Source: Trypanosoma brucei
Taxonomy: Eukaryota
Length of the DNA: 64,000 nucleotides
Direction of reading: 5' to 3'
NCBI GenBank assembly: GCA_000002445.1
Contig: CP000071.1
Coordinates: 1,600,001-1,664,000, forward strand
Shown: positions 20,010 through 30,581 of the stretch, one piece after another
How the letters are laid out: each line of letters begins with the position of its first letter
Position numbering within the stretch: position 1 is the first letter of the stretch
Notes under the pieces: generated by a model
What the model saw: the letters and a program-made list of their open reading frames with translations, nothing else
Databases searched by the model: none
Told to the model about the DNA's origin: nothing
Made by a program: the position numbers and the translations under genes

Positions 20010-20711
20010 ATGGGTTGCTCAGGATCGAAGAACGCATCTAACCCCAAGGATGGTGCCGCCAGTAAGGGTGGAAAGGACGGGAAAACTACTGCGGACCGGA
20101 AGGTTGCGTGGGAGCGTATTCGGTGTGCGATTCCCCGTGACAAGGATGCTGAGTCGAAAAGCCGTCGCATTGAACTCTTCAAGCGGTTTGACACGAATGG
20201 GACTGGAAAACTCGGCTTCAGGGAGGTGCTTGATGGTTGCTACAGTGTACTCAAGTTGGATGAGTTCACGACTCACCTTCCTGACATTGTCCAGCGTGCG
20301 TTTGACAAAGCGAAGGACCTCGGCAACAAGGTAAAGGGTGTGGGTGAAGAGGATCTTGTGGAGTTCCTTGAATTCCGCCTGATGCTTTGCTACATCTATG
20401 ATATCTTTGAGTTGACTGTAATGTTCGACACCATGGATAAGGATGGAAGTTTGTTGATTGAGCTACAGGAGTTCAAGGAAGCCTTGCCGAAATTGAAGGA
20501 GTGGGGTGTTGATATCACTGACGCTACCACTGTGTTTAATGAGATCGACACTAATGGATCTGGTGTTGTGACATTCGATGAATTCTCATGCTGGGCTGTC
20601 ACTAAAAAGTTGCAGGTATGTGGCGATCCTGATGGTGAGGGGAACGGAGCAAATGAAGGTGACGGGGCAAATGCAGGGGATGGAGTTCCTGCGGCCGAGG
20701 GTTCTGCCTAG
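20010..20711 (+). CDS. Tb-24: Calflagin (233 aa; Tb-24-type) with extended Gly/Asp/Ala-rich C-terminus, last array copy
   Basis: The same body as the other copies, but the C-terminus is …[29 protein letters not shown] instead of …[10 protein letters not shown]. The downstream flank is unique from here on. Confidence 0.9.
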   Translation: MGCSGSKNASNPKDGAASKGGKDGKTTADRKVAWERIRCAIPRDKDAESKSRRIELFKRFDTNGTGKLGFREVLDGCYSVLKLDEFTTHLPDIVQRAFDKAKDLGNKVKGVGEEDLVEFLEFRLMLCYIYDIFELTVMFDTMDKDGSLLIELQEFKEALPKLKEWGVDITDATTVFNEIDTNGSGVVTFDEFSCWAVTKKLQVCGDPDGEGNGANEGDGANAGDGVPAAEGSA

Positions 20712-22907
20712 TGTTGAGAATGTTATGATTATGCAGGGACGTCAGTATTTGTGGTTCTACCGTAGAGATCTGTGTTTGCTTCTTTTTTTGGAGGTGTTTT
20801 CATGTTCTTTTTAACCACCCCCGGTCCATATTATTTAATATTATTGTTTCAAGTGTTTTTTTAAAACTCAATGGTGTTTTTTGTCTTCTTCTTCCTTATT
20901 TTTAACTTGTCTCTTTTTGCAGGTTATTGGCTATAATATTTCATATTGATTTTCATCCTTCTTGATAGCCGACTGCTTAAGCACTTGTTTTTGTCTACTT
21001 TTGGTTCTGAAGCCTGATTATTTCGTTGTTTTATTTATGAATATTCACTTTTTTCCATATGTCCGCTCCGGTGAACATCTTTGGGGACCAGTAGAGTGCT
21101 GCATCGATGATAATGTGCCAATATATATATATATATTTATATTTATAAGCACACATTTCGCGGAGTGCGCCATGAAGAATGTAAGGAGAATTTGTGGGGA
21201 AATGTTATGTAAGTACATGGTGAAGAGAGAGGTAGGTAATTTGTGGGAGTGAAAAGGAAAAGCAGGTTGGTGACCGACACACTCGTGGTTTGTAATCTTT
21301 TTCGTTCTAGCAAAATAGTTTATTTTTGTACGTGATCTCTCATGTCACCGGTTGTGTAAATAGATATATGCTCTTATGGGCCTGTTAGGGTAATTCTGTA
21401 TGGCAGAGGCGGAGTGCGCTGTTGCGTGTGATTGAGTGGCGTTACAACGTGAAATGTTATTATTTTGCTTCGCGTCTGCCATATACTTCTTTACCTTCTT
21501 TTTTTGTTTACGAAGTTGCTTCTGTGGTGGTGAATAGGAAGCAATGGACACGGAGTTGGTCGCGATCATTGCTGCATCCGTTTCCTAATGGATCTTAGGA
21601 CCGCGTTGCTGCTCTTAGCGGATTGTGCTGACCATGGTCCATATAGATATTCATAAATACGCCTGTGCGGGATGCAGCAGTGCTAAGGATAAAACAACAG
21701 GGTACAGGGATCCTGGAAATGTGTTACGTTTTGGACACCGCGCCTGGTTTTGTAAAGTCCTTTCGCTGATGATAGAAGGAATCTGACGGTGTTACCTGCA
21801 TGTGATGAAGGGATCGTGTGATGTGGAGAGTATGACTTGTTGTCTTTGCTTCCCTTTAATTTAGCGTTCGATTTGTTTTTGCCATTCACTTTGGGGGGAG
21901 GGGGAAGTTCAGTTTCCAAAGGGAGTCGCTGGGTGCTGCATCCTTTCGGAACGGAAGGCGTGAGTATTGTCGTGACTTTATATGAGTTTTCTCACTGTGC
22001 CTCTTTCAGCATGAGGAATAAGGTTGGGTTATAGTGGCATATTCCGACCGGTAATGTGCTGCTTGAGATTTTTTCCGCTACCGCAGTCAGTAGCCGGGGA
22101 TACATCTCTATGCGCCGTCACCATGCGGCTACACGTTTTCCCCTTGCTGTTACGGGTACCTATAACCCTGAAGCTGATGGCGCCGTGGCGATTGGGTGTG
22201 ATTTCCGAAGAGCGATCACTGCATCGCTGATGGCGATCACTGTTTGGTGGTGGCTTGTCGAGAGGTGCTTCTATCATTCGTGTATTTGGTTATTTTCTCT
22301 CTTGTACCGTCATCTGCCAGTTCTCTTGTGGGTTTATTTGTAAGTATATGTGCCTGCCTTATAGTTTTGTGCATGTTGCCGTGCGACTCATTTTAATTTG
22401 TTTTTTTTGTAGCGGTGAGGATTTACCCACCCCCTGCTTCCTACACATCTTTCGGTGCCCTCCTGCTAATTTCGTCACCTCGGATAAATTCTATTGCATC
22501 GAATTCGTCCAACTTCATGGAGATTTTTGGATCATGTATGACTGTTCAAACAGCGGCATGGTGCACTAAGTTGCAGGAAGTGGCAATCCATAGTGTATCA
22601 TCTTCAGTAAGTGCGTGCGTTACTTCGTTGTACGCTGCCTTTTCAGTGCCAAGTTGAAAAGAAAGAAAATTGAGGAGAATAGTGCATGGAGAACTTTACC
22701 GCCTCCCATTTCTTCCCGTTTGTTGGGAAAGAAATTGCGCCTTCATCGTCATTGGTTGAGTTGTGGTTGTTATACGCGGTCATGAAAGTGTTTTTCCTTT
22801 TATTCTGCATTTAGTGCACCGCTGCACATCATTCGATTTCCCTCTGACATCCTGTTTCTTAGGCTGCCTCTCGCGTACGTGCGTCGCTTTTGGTTCCCAC
22901 ATTTGAT

Positions 22908-23933
22908 ATGCGCAACGGTGTGTCGCCTGGTTTTGGTGATCGGCCCTGTTGTGGTCGTGTTTCCACGGCACCGACCTTATCTTGCACCCTGATGATTAAG
23001 GGGTTGTCGCGCTGCTCCTCGCTGGACGCCCCATCCTTGGCCCCAGCAACTGAGATGAAGGCAGTAGATAATGTGAGCGCACCGTTGCTCTCTTTCGGTC
23101 GATTAGCCCATAGGCATTCTCTTGGAGAGGCGCGGTCATTGCGTGTTCCACGTGCGACAAGGGTCCTTCAAGGAAGCGGAAAAATACAGGAGAGAGGAGG
23201 GGTGATCAAGAGTGCGGAAAAAAACGACGTCGCTGTAAGCACGCTGGGGTTTCCCCATTCGCCTTCCCAGCAGAAACGGGAGCAACGATCGACGTCACGT
23301 CTCTCTAGCTGCGGCGTCCGTTGGCGCGAGCACAATCATGACGGGCCCAAATCGAACGAGCAACCGGAACGCCGGTGCCGACGCCCTGGGTACAGGAAGG
23401 GATTGGTTTCGACTGCATCACAGTCGTTGTTTACTGCACAGCAGCAACTCTGCACAGCCCAGGAGGAGGCGGCAAGGAGCGCCATTACGGCGGAGATGGT
23501 GGAGGAGTTGGTGTCCATCGTGTTGCTCGAAAAAAAAAATAACGACAGGGTGTTCAAGAAGTTTGACGCGTGGAGGAGCAAGTTTGGAGACATCAACGTT
23601 ATAACGGGTGCGTCTTCGATGCAACATGACACCCTTGTACAGCCCACCATTATACAAGCCCGTGACAGTGACCTCCTTCGCGCACTGATGCAGGCAGAGA
23701 CACGGATTGCACATCTACAGGGCCACCAAAGGGGCGTACAGTTCGGAAGTAGCAACTGCGCACCACCGAATCTCCCTGCGGTGGAACTCGGTAGCGGGAG
23801 CGGTGCGCACGACATCCGAGGGGATCTTTCTCAACCAAGAGACAGCACCACCACGTCCGCTGCACGAGATGGGTTAGGCACCACCGAAACATCCACCTAC
23901 AAACCACTTGGGCCTCATGTACATGTTTTGTAA
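22908..23933 (+). CDS. Hypothetical protein (341 aa from first ATG)
   Basis: The track ORF 22890..23933 starts at TTG. The first ATG is at 22908. It has the same strand as the polycistron. Composition is moderately protein-like, with helical stretches (…ITAEMVEELVSIVLLEKKNNDRVFKKFDAWRSKFG…). I recognise no domain and it could be non-coding. Confidence 0.35.
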   Translation: MRNGVSPGFGDRPCCGRVSTAPTLSCTLMIKGLSRCSSLDAPSLAPATEMKAVDNVSAPLLSFGRLAHRHSLGEARSLRVPRATRVLQGSGKIQERGGVIKSAEKNDVAVSTLGFPHSPSQQKREQRSTSRLSSCGVRWREHNHDGPKSNEQPERRCRRPGYRKGLVSTASQSLFTAQQQLCTAQEEAARSAITAEMVEELVSIVLLEKKNNDRVFKKFDAWRSKFGDINVITGASSMQHDTLVQPTIIQARDSDLLRALMQAETRIAHLQGHQRGVQFGSSNCAPPNLPAVELGSGSGAHDIRGDLSQPRDSTTTSAARDGLGTTETSTYKPLGPHVHVL

Positions 23934-24944
23934 GAAGGTGGAGATGATATATGGGTAATGTATATTGTGCGTGCGGAGAGTGTGGTTCTAAAACCGGCGC
24001 GCTAGTCGCGTCGCTACGCGAAGGTGTGGTAAACTCGGGACACCTTCTTGTGTGGTCTTCTTTCTTTAAAATCGTTGCACTGTATGATGATATCTGAATA
24101 TATGCACAAAGATGTGGCGAAAGTGGGGAGCGTGTCGGCGTCTTACGGGGAAGTGATTGTGAGTTCATAGCACGTACACGCGGTTTGGGCTCACTGAGTT
24201 GCTTACTTCACGTATACTAATTGGTCTAGCGTGAAGTTTACCGGCATACGACCACGTAACACCGTTATGGTTCGCATCTTGTTACGTGCTCTCCTTTTTG
24301 TTCAGATTATTTCTTCCCTTTTGTTCCTTCATGCGTTAGTGAGACTTTCCTCCCCTTGCTTCGGTATATTCAAAACTCACAATTTTCTTACTTCTGTATT
24401 TGGGAGTGTGCCGCCAACATTTTATCCGCGTATTTATTCGCCTTCCATACTCACCGCCTTCGCTCTTTTGCGTGCAATTTCCCTAGTTCTTATAGGGGTG
24501 GTTCGGTGATTGACTCATGTGCGTTGTTTTCTTTATGCACTACTCGCCTGTTCTCACCGCCTGCGCCTTTTTAATGGTGTTTTATCGGTGATTTCCCCCA
24601 CCCTTCGATCGCCTTTCTTTACCTTTCCATGTTTTGTAATCTTTCTACCACATGGGCACGATTTTGGAACGGTGTTGACGTGGCGTGCCCACCCGCACAT
24701 ACCGAATGTTAAAATGCTCATGCATTTGAAGTAGCAGTAAATGTTTTCTTTCTCTTACCGTTCGCTGTTTTTTTTTTTGAATAATTAGTGTTAAGTTCCC
24801 GACCCGAGACGGTGAGTTAAGCGGTGAGAAGGGGGTGCCACCACCATCGCCGACTGTGCGGACGCTCTTAAGGATAGTGAAGAAACACGAGGCAAGGAAG
24901 CGTTGACGCGGACGCGAGTGTAAGCGGGGGCTCACCTTTTTCGG

Positions 24945-26816
24945 ATGAAAATCAAAAAGAAGGACTTGCGCAAGGGTGAAGCCCAGCTTCCCATCAACTA
25001 CCCGGACCCCATAGTTGAGCAGCCACAGGAGACGTTCGATGAGCGTGAGGCTCAGGTGGAACAGCTCTGCAAGCGTCTCGCGCACAATGAGGTGGTGGTA
25101 CGTGATGAGGCACTGGCGCAAGTTCCACCATACGTGCAGCGTGCTACAGCGCATCTTTTAACTGTAGAGGCAAATGTGGACAAAGGCGCTCTGTGCTGCT
25201 TTTTCGATATGCAGAGGAAGCGCAGAGGGGACCACCGGCATAAAAGTAAGGAGTTATCAATTAATGTACTTCGGGAACTCGACGCATTTCGAAGCTGTGA
25301 GGAAAACGCGCGCCGTGAGCAACGGCGTAACGAGGCCATTCAGCGCTTGCAGCGGCAACAGCGCGAAGAAGAGAACGATGCCGGCGCAAACGGAGCCAAT
25401 GACGATTCCTCACAAACGCGTTCCCAAACGAAGAACAGTGAGATAGGGAAAAGAAGTGACGACCACAAAAGCGTGCGGCAGATCTACCGAGAATGGATAT
25501 CGCAATGGGCTGAGGTAGAGATTCTGTTACTAAAGCTGTCACGCGGATTGTTCTTTTGCTTGTGGCATTCTGACAAGCCGCTTGTGCAGCTCGAGTGTGC
25601 CCAGAACATAGCACGCGTTATCCACTCCCCGCATACAAACAGTGGCAAACTATTGTGGTTTAGTTGCATGATGCGCGTGCTAGCAAAAGAGTGGCGCACA
25701 ATGGATCGCTACCGGTCGGACAAGTACCTTGCCTTCGTGAGGAAGTTGATGTTCGAACTCTTTACGCTGATGAAGAAGTGGGAAAACGAGAGCCAACTCG
25801 AACAGCGAAGGGTCAAACCCAGCGAGGGTGGAGAGAAATCTCAGCTGAATACGCAGGAGCGGCCCGGTACCAATGATGGTTATAGTGACCGCGGTAGCGA
25901 ACGCGGGAGCAGCGACCGAATGGATAATATCACTTCGTGTCAACCCCTCTGCCGTGCCCTGGAGGAAGCGTGTTATATTTTCCAGCAACAGGTCGTGCCG
26001 GAGCCCTCCGCTGTCGGTCTCACTATGCATATTTGCGACATATTCTTCGATGAGTTGTGCCGTTCCGAAGTCTCGTCCACACTTTTTATTGCGCTTGGCG
26101 ATCGCATTGCACTGCACGCAATGAGCAAGGGGGACTTTGTGGAGAAACGTGCGCTAGACTATTTTATTGCCCCCATTGCTGGTGGTGTGCTGGAGACTCG
26201 TTTGCGTGAGCAACACGGACGACGGCAGCAACAATGGAGTGGCGGTAAAGATACCACTAAGAGTAGTGGGTCACAAATGGTGACACGACCAACCTCTCGG
26301 AAGAGGGCGCGTGATGACGACAGCACCAACCCTGGGAATGGAAAAGCTCAACTGGCGCCGGATGTGGCAGCTGCAAGGGAGGCACATCTTATAATCACTG
26401 CGCTTGCTGACTGCTGCCGGCGCTACTCGGTGTCACGGGGAACGTTCTACTCCGTACGACCAATGTTCGCAGAAAGCGAGATGGCGCTCCGGCAAGCCGC
26501 CGACGCATCCAATTTCGTGGAGTTGACCGGAAAGGAATTGCGATGTCGCCTGGAGAGGGAGGTGGAGGAAGTGGACACCACACGAGCAGCATTTGCGGGA
26601 CAGCGAAAAAAAGCACGTCTACTGAAACAACGGGAGGGGCGCAAGCCTCCAACCTCAAAAAGGAAGGTTCACATGATAGATGGTGGTAGCAAAAAGGTGT
26701 CAAAAAGGGATCGCGGGCACGAGGTGTTGAAAAGACAGAAGAAGGAGGTGCCACGCAACACAAAAAGAAAGAAGAATTATCAACTGACGGTGGAGGATTT
26801 ATACGGTGATGAATAG
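24945..26816 (+). CDS. Nop52/RRP1-like nucleolar pre-rRNA processing protein (623 aa) with basic C-terminal tail
   Basis: N-terminal …LCKRLAHNEVVVRDEALAQV… and the block …GLFFCLWHSDKPLVQLECAQNIARVIH…WRTMDRYRSDKYLAFVRKLMFELFTLMKKW… match the Nop52 family signature (LFYCMWMSDKPLLQEEL…LDKF). The C-terminus is Lys/Arg-rich and NLS-like. Confidence 0.7.
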   Translation: MKIKKKDLRKGEAQLPINYPDPIVEQPQETFDEREAQVEQLCKRLAHNEVVVRDEALAQVPPYVQRATAHLLTVEANVDKGALCCFFDMQRKRRGDHRHKSKELSINVLRELDAFRSCEENARREQRRNEAIQRLQRQQREEENDAGANGANDDSSQTRSQTKNSEIGKRSDDHKSVRQIYREWISQWAEVEILLLKLSRGLFFCLWHSDKPLVQLECAQNIARVIHSPHTNSGKLLWFSCMMRVLAKEWRTMDRYRSDKYLAFVRKLMFELFTLMKKWENESQLEQRRVKPSEGGEKSQLNTQERPGTNDGYSDRGSERGSSDRMDNITSCQPLCRALEEACYIFQQQVVPEPSAVGLTMHICDIFFDELCRSEVSSTLFIALGDRIALHAMSKGDFVEKRALDYFIAPIAGGVLETRLREQHGRRQQQWSGGKDTTKSSGSQMVTRPTSRKRARDDDSTNPGNGKAQLAPDVAAAREAHLIITALADCCRRYSVSRGTFYSVRPMFAESEMALRQAADASNFVELTGKELRCRLEREVEEVDTTRAAFAGQRKKARLLKQREGRKPPTSKRKVHMIDGGSKKVSKRDRGHEVLKRQKKEVPRNTKRKKNYQLTVEDLYGDE

Positions 26817-27648
26817 CCAATAACTTGCCCGAGGGGGAGGGACACATTTTCCCGAGGTGGCAGGCTCAGTTCACTGACCTCCACCAAGTCGGCTATTGTT
26901 CGCACTGCTGTCTGTGTGTGAGGGTGTTATTTATGCTGTGATCGCGACTCGTTTAACGCCACCGGCGCTTTGCACTATCGTTTTAAACGATGAGGTGCAA
27001 TGTTTAGCTTAGTGAAAGAATAATGATAACGTCAAATCTGCTCTAAAAAAAGTACTAGGCTATAAAAAAGAAAGGGATTATAAGTAATGGTATCCCCTAA
27101 GGCTAAACCATTGTCTGCTCTTTTGCCTTTGCTCTCCTTACCGCATGTGGGCGTAGTAAGGGGATTCTCTTTACATACATGCATGTGCTTCCTTCTGCAA
27201 CTATCCTCTTTGTTTTATCACTCTTATTGTCTGTATTACTGTTACTACTCCGTAGCGACGGGCGGTAGCGTGTGCTCCGTTCGCCGTTATATTAGCCGTA
27301 TTTCCAGCGGCTGCTGGGCACTCCAAGAGGGGAGAAGGGGGGGGGTAGGTGGATCGACGTAGCACAGGGTACAAAAGTGGCGAAAAAGCGTGCGCCTTCG
27401 CTCTAGGAGCCACAGGTGATAAAGCTGGTTTGCGCCCCCACTTTGTGGTTTGGATCGGCTGCAAATCCCCGGGCTTCTGTAGTGGACAATATTGTGACGC
27501 ATAATAGGTGATCCTGATTGAAACGAGCAGGCCAACTCTGTTACCTGCCCTTCTGGCAGTGCAAGCAGCTGCGGGACGACACACCTACGTTCTGAATACT
27601 TCTTTATTTAGTTTTCGACTATTTTTGGTTGGTTGAGGGAAGCAGATC

Positions 27649-29388
27649 ATGGCTCATGGAGCTTCTCCGACGCTGTCCGTGTGCAGCACGGCGGCGGTTC
27701 CTCGGAAATATGGTGCAAAGGATTTTGTCTCGAAGCTCTACGCGATGATGAAGCAGTTTTACACTGATGGTGCGGCGGTGTCGACGAAACTGAGTGGGGA
27801 TACAGTTCGAAGTAGAAATGACCACTGTAATGCCGGAGAAACCCACACCAGGGAAGGCGATGTGGAGACCCGACGCGTACACAATGCTGGGAAGGTTGGT
27901 ATGACCAGCAGCTGTTCGGCAAAGTGCATAGGCCTCCCCCTTCCTGCTGCGGAGCCGCCGAACGCTTCAACTGGCCGTCGGCTTGTGCATTTTGAGGAGA
28001 AAGAGCACCCAGTTTCCGTCAAGGCGGAGAAGCGGTCCCGATACCTCTGTGTTGTGCTGTGGCCGTCGAATCTCAACAAGGGCGAGGTGCCCTATCAGCC
28101 ACGAGACGTTGCGGAGTGCAGCGAATGGGGCGTGTATGGAACGGTGCTTGGGTATACTGATGACGACACGGGACTTATCTGGCACAAGCGCGGTGATTTA
28201 TTTGCGAGCTGCCTTCCCCTTTCCGCTATTTCTGTGGCTATGTGCGTACCTGCTGTGCGTTGTAGGCACTGCGCGCACGTCGTGCCTCGCACAGAGGTTA
28301 TTCCGCATGTTGGTATTCATCAGTTGGGGCTTGGAAAAGAAACGGGAGCGTTTGTTGACGATGAGACCTGGGGTACAGCGTGTGGTGACACTCACCTACT
28401 TCAGCATTTGCAACGAATGGGTGTAGTGGGCAGTGGGGGACAGGGGGATGTGGTCCTTTGTAGAGTGCGCGATTCCAAGGAGGAGGCACGTTATGTTGTA
28501 AAGGTTATGCAATTTAGCTCAATGGAGGCTGCAACAAGTGTGTACCATCGTGCTGTGCGTTACATGCTGCTCCAACACGAGCGGCTGGACACTCACCTTG
28601 TCGAATACTTGGCTGTGCGACTTTTGCCTGGTGGCACAACAGCAGAAATTGTCATGCCGTACTATGCAGGAGGGGATCTGGCAACAGCCATCCGTGAGTT
28701 GAATGTGGACCGCTTTGAAGAGCTCTACATTTGCTCTCTTATTTTGCAGATATTGAAAGCCCTTGTCTTTTTACACGAGCACCAACCTCCTGTTGTTCAT
28801 GGTGATCTGAAAGCGGAGAACATCCTGCTATCCGACGAAGGAAGAGAAGCTGTGTTAACCGACTTCGACAGCTACAGGGAACTTAATGCGTACGAGAAGT
28901 CTATCCGTGCAGGAATGGGGACCATCGCGTGGATGGCCCCAGAGGTTCGACACAAGCGGCAGTTGATGTCCGCCTCGGACCTCTGGGGTGTGGGGCTTCT
29001 CATGTACGTTCTTGCCGTACTACCGGACTATCCAATGATTACCGATCCCAATACGGGCGTCAGTGAGTTGATGAATGCTACGGTGTGGAGGGCTTATGAT
29101 GTTGGGAGTGATTCGCATGAAGCAAGTACAACTGATGGTCATGCTACAGCAGAAATTTTCGATATTTTGGACAATTCTACGATACACGAGAGTCGTATAA
29201 ACCAAAAAGTGACCACTGGATATGTGACGCTAACGGAATGCGTTCGGAAGAATGTTCGAAGGCGGGGCTACTCTGATGCGTTTGTCGATCTTACGACTCG
29301 TCTGCTTTCGTATCACCCAGGAAAGCGGCCTCGAGCACGGGGGGCGGTGGAAGAACTGGCTAAAGTCATCCAGAATCATCATACATAG
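27649..29388 (+). CDS. Ser/Thr protein kinase, non-RD type (HGD catalytic loop, DFD activation-loop anchor), with ~260-aa N-terminal non-kinase extension
   Basis: VAIK-like lysine in YVVKVMQF. Catalytic loop HGDLKAENILL (28798..28830). DFD (28861..28869) in place of DFG. GTIAWMAPE follows. The C-terminal lobe is of typical length. Confidence 0.8.
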   Translation: MAHGASPTLSVCSTAAVPRKYGAKDFVSKLYAMMKQFYTDGAAVSTKLSGDTVRSRNDHCNAGETHTREGDVETRRVHNAGKVGMTSSCSAKCIGLPLPAAEPPNASTGRRLVHFEEKEHPVSVKAEKRSRYLCVVLWPSNLNKGEVPYQPRDVAECSEWGVYGTVLGYTDDDTGLIWHKRGDLFASCLPLSAISVAMCVPAVRCRHCAHVVPRTEVIPHVGIHQLGLGKETGAFVDDETWGTACGDTHLLQHLQRMGVVGSGGQGDVVLCRVRDSKEEARYVVKVMQFSSMEAATSVYHRAVRYMLLQHERLDTHLVEYLAVRLLPGGTTAEIVMPYYAGGDLATAIRELNVDRFEELYICSLILQILKALVFLHEHQPPVVHGDLKAENILLSDEGREAVLTDFDSYRELNAYEKSIRAGMGTIAWMAPEVRHKRQLMSASDLWGVGLLMYVLAVLPDYPMITDPNTGVSELMNATVWRAYDVGSDSHEASTTDGHATAEIFDILDNSTIHESRINQKVTTGYVTLTECVRKNVRRRGYSDAFVDLTTRLLSYHPGKRPRARGAVEELAKVIQNHHT

Positions 29389-29410
29389 GTGCACCGTATG
29401 TCCGTTAAAA

Positions 29411-29446
29411 ACGAAAAAAACGAAAAAAACGAAAAAAACGAAAAAG
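29411..29446 (+). repeat. (ACGAAAAAA)x4 tandem 9-mer just 3' of the kinase stop
   Basis: Directly visible: acgaaaaaaacgaaaaaaacgaaaaaaacgaaaaag. Confidence 0.9.
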
Positions 29447-30581
29447 AGCGGCATGAGGGATTGAAGGGGGTGATTGCTAATTATAGTTGCTGGAGCCGCA
29501 AACGATGTTTGGGGCGACATGCGCGTCTGTGTGGAGAGAGGTTTTGATTTTTATTTTAGGAAAGTGAGGACAATACGTATGTCTTTTCTCTACATCCCCA
29601 TAGAGATCAGTTTCTCGAGGTGGTGGATGCGTAGCGGTTCCAGTGAAAGGTGCTGCAACTGTTTCTCACTGCCATGTATGTAAAGTACTCTAGCGTAACG
29701 GAGCGCTCGCCGTTGTCTTGTTGTCACTCAGTGTGCTTTATTTTTGCATATAGTTTTGTTGTCTTGCGATTAAATGTTGTTGATCCCGTGTGTCCCCTCC
29801 TCTCCTTCTGCACTTATACATATATATAATTACGCGGACTCCCTTGTGTGTGATTTCGTCGCGAGCGAGCAGGTGTGACGTGATCGAATGTTGGTTCCAC
29901 TCGTACCAGCTGTTTTCCTCCTTTCTCTTTCTCTTCCTCGTGTCCTTTTTAGCGTTAACAAGGTTTGCATTATGAGGCAAAAAAAAAATTATTTGTTCCA
30001 TTCTTTGCGTAGATGTACCACCATTGTTGTTTCACATAATTTACAGTTACACGTTCCTGAGTAAGTGATGAAAATCATGATCTCTTTGCTTTGCCGCAAG
30101 AACCACACCTGCTGCTCAGATGATGGGACAGGGAGTGAACAGTCGGTTCTAAAAAAAAAAATGTTTTATTCTCCCATTGCAGAGGGATAGAGTGTGGAAG
30201 AACGTTGTTGAATAGGGCGTTTGAAGATATATATCCCGCTCTTTTGTTTTAGTGTTTCTCTTTGAGTTTATCGTACCGCGTTACAAAGTAGGTATGATAT
30301 CCCAGCGTTGTTTCATCCGGTGGCGAGGTCTAACCATTTCCATGCAGGTTAACGGGGAACGGCGGTACCTTTTGATGCTTGGCGGCCACTGTGCTTGCAC
30401 CAGGAGGAGAGGGGAGTTATTTGTGCGTTTTCCCCAGGAACTTTTAAAAATCTTCCTTAAAGACGGTGTTTTTGTTAGGCTTCCATATTTTTTTTTTTTT
30501 ACTCGCCTCTGTTTGTCTATATCGCTTTCATTCCGATGTTCCTTGCCTCTGTAGAATCCAAAGCAGTGCAAACATAGAGTG

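Larger units (their letters stand above)
17230..20711 (+). repeat. Tandem calflagin array with a 1025-bp unit (657-bp CDS + 368-bp spacer); the first unit carries an extra in-frame 567-bp partial duplication
   Basis: ATGs at 17393, 18985 and 20010. 20010-18985 = 1025. 18985-17393 = 1592 = 1025+567. The spacers are near-identical. Confidence 0.9.

Noticed and set aside
13092-20602. Recurrent 68-121 aa ORFs inside the calflagin units ([12 protein letters not shown]…, [14 protein letters not shown]…, [10 protein letters not shown]…, [10 protein letters not shown]…)
   Set aside because: They are antisense or +1-frame readings of the calflagin CDS. They recur only because the DNA is tandemly repeated, and they have no independent coding signal.
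25052-26847. Minus-strand ORFs of 95-150 aa
   Set aside because: Antisense to the Nop52/RRP1-like CDS.
29411-29446. Possible CRISPR-like or other prokaryotic repeat arrays (also 60698..60718)
   Set aside because: These are a 9-mer x4 and (CAT)7 microsatellites with no spacer architecture. The window is eukaryotic, and no cas genes, phage genes, IS elements, rRNA or tRNA genes were found.
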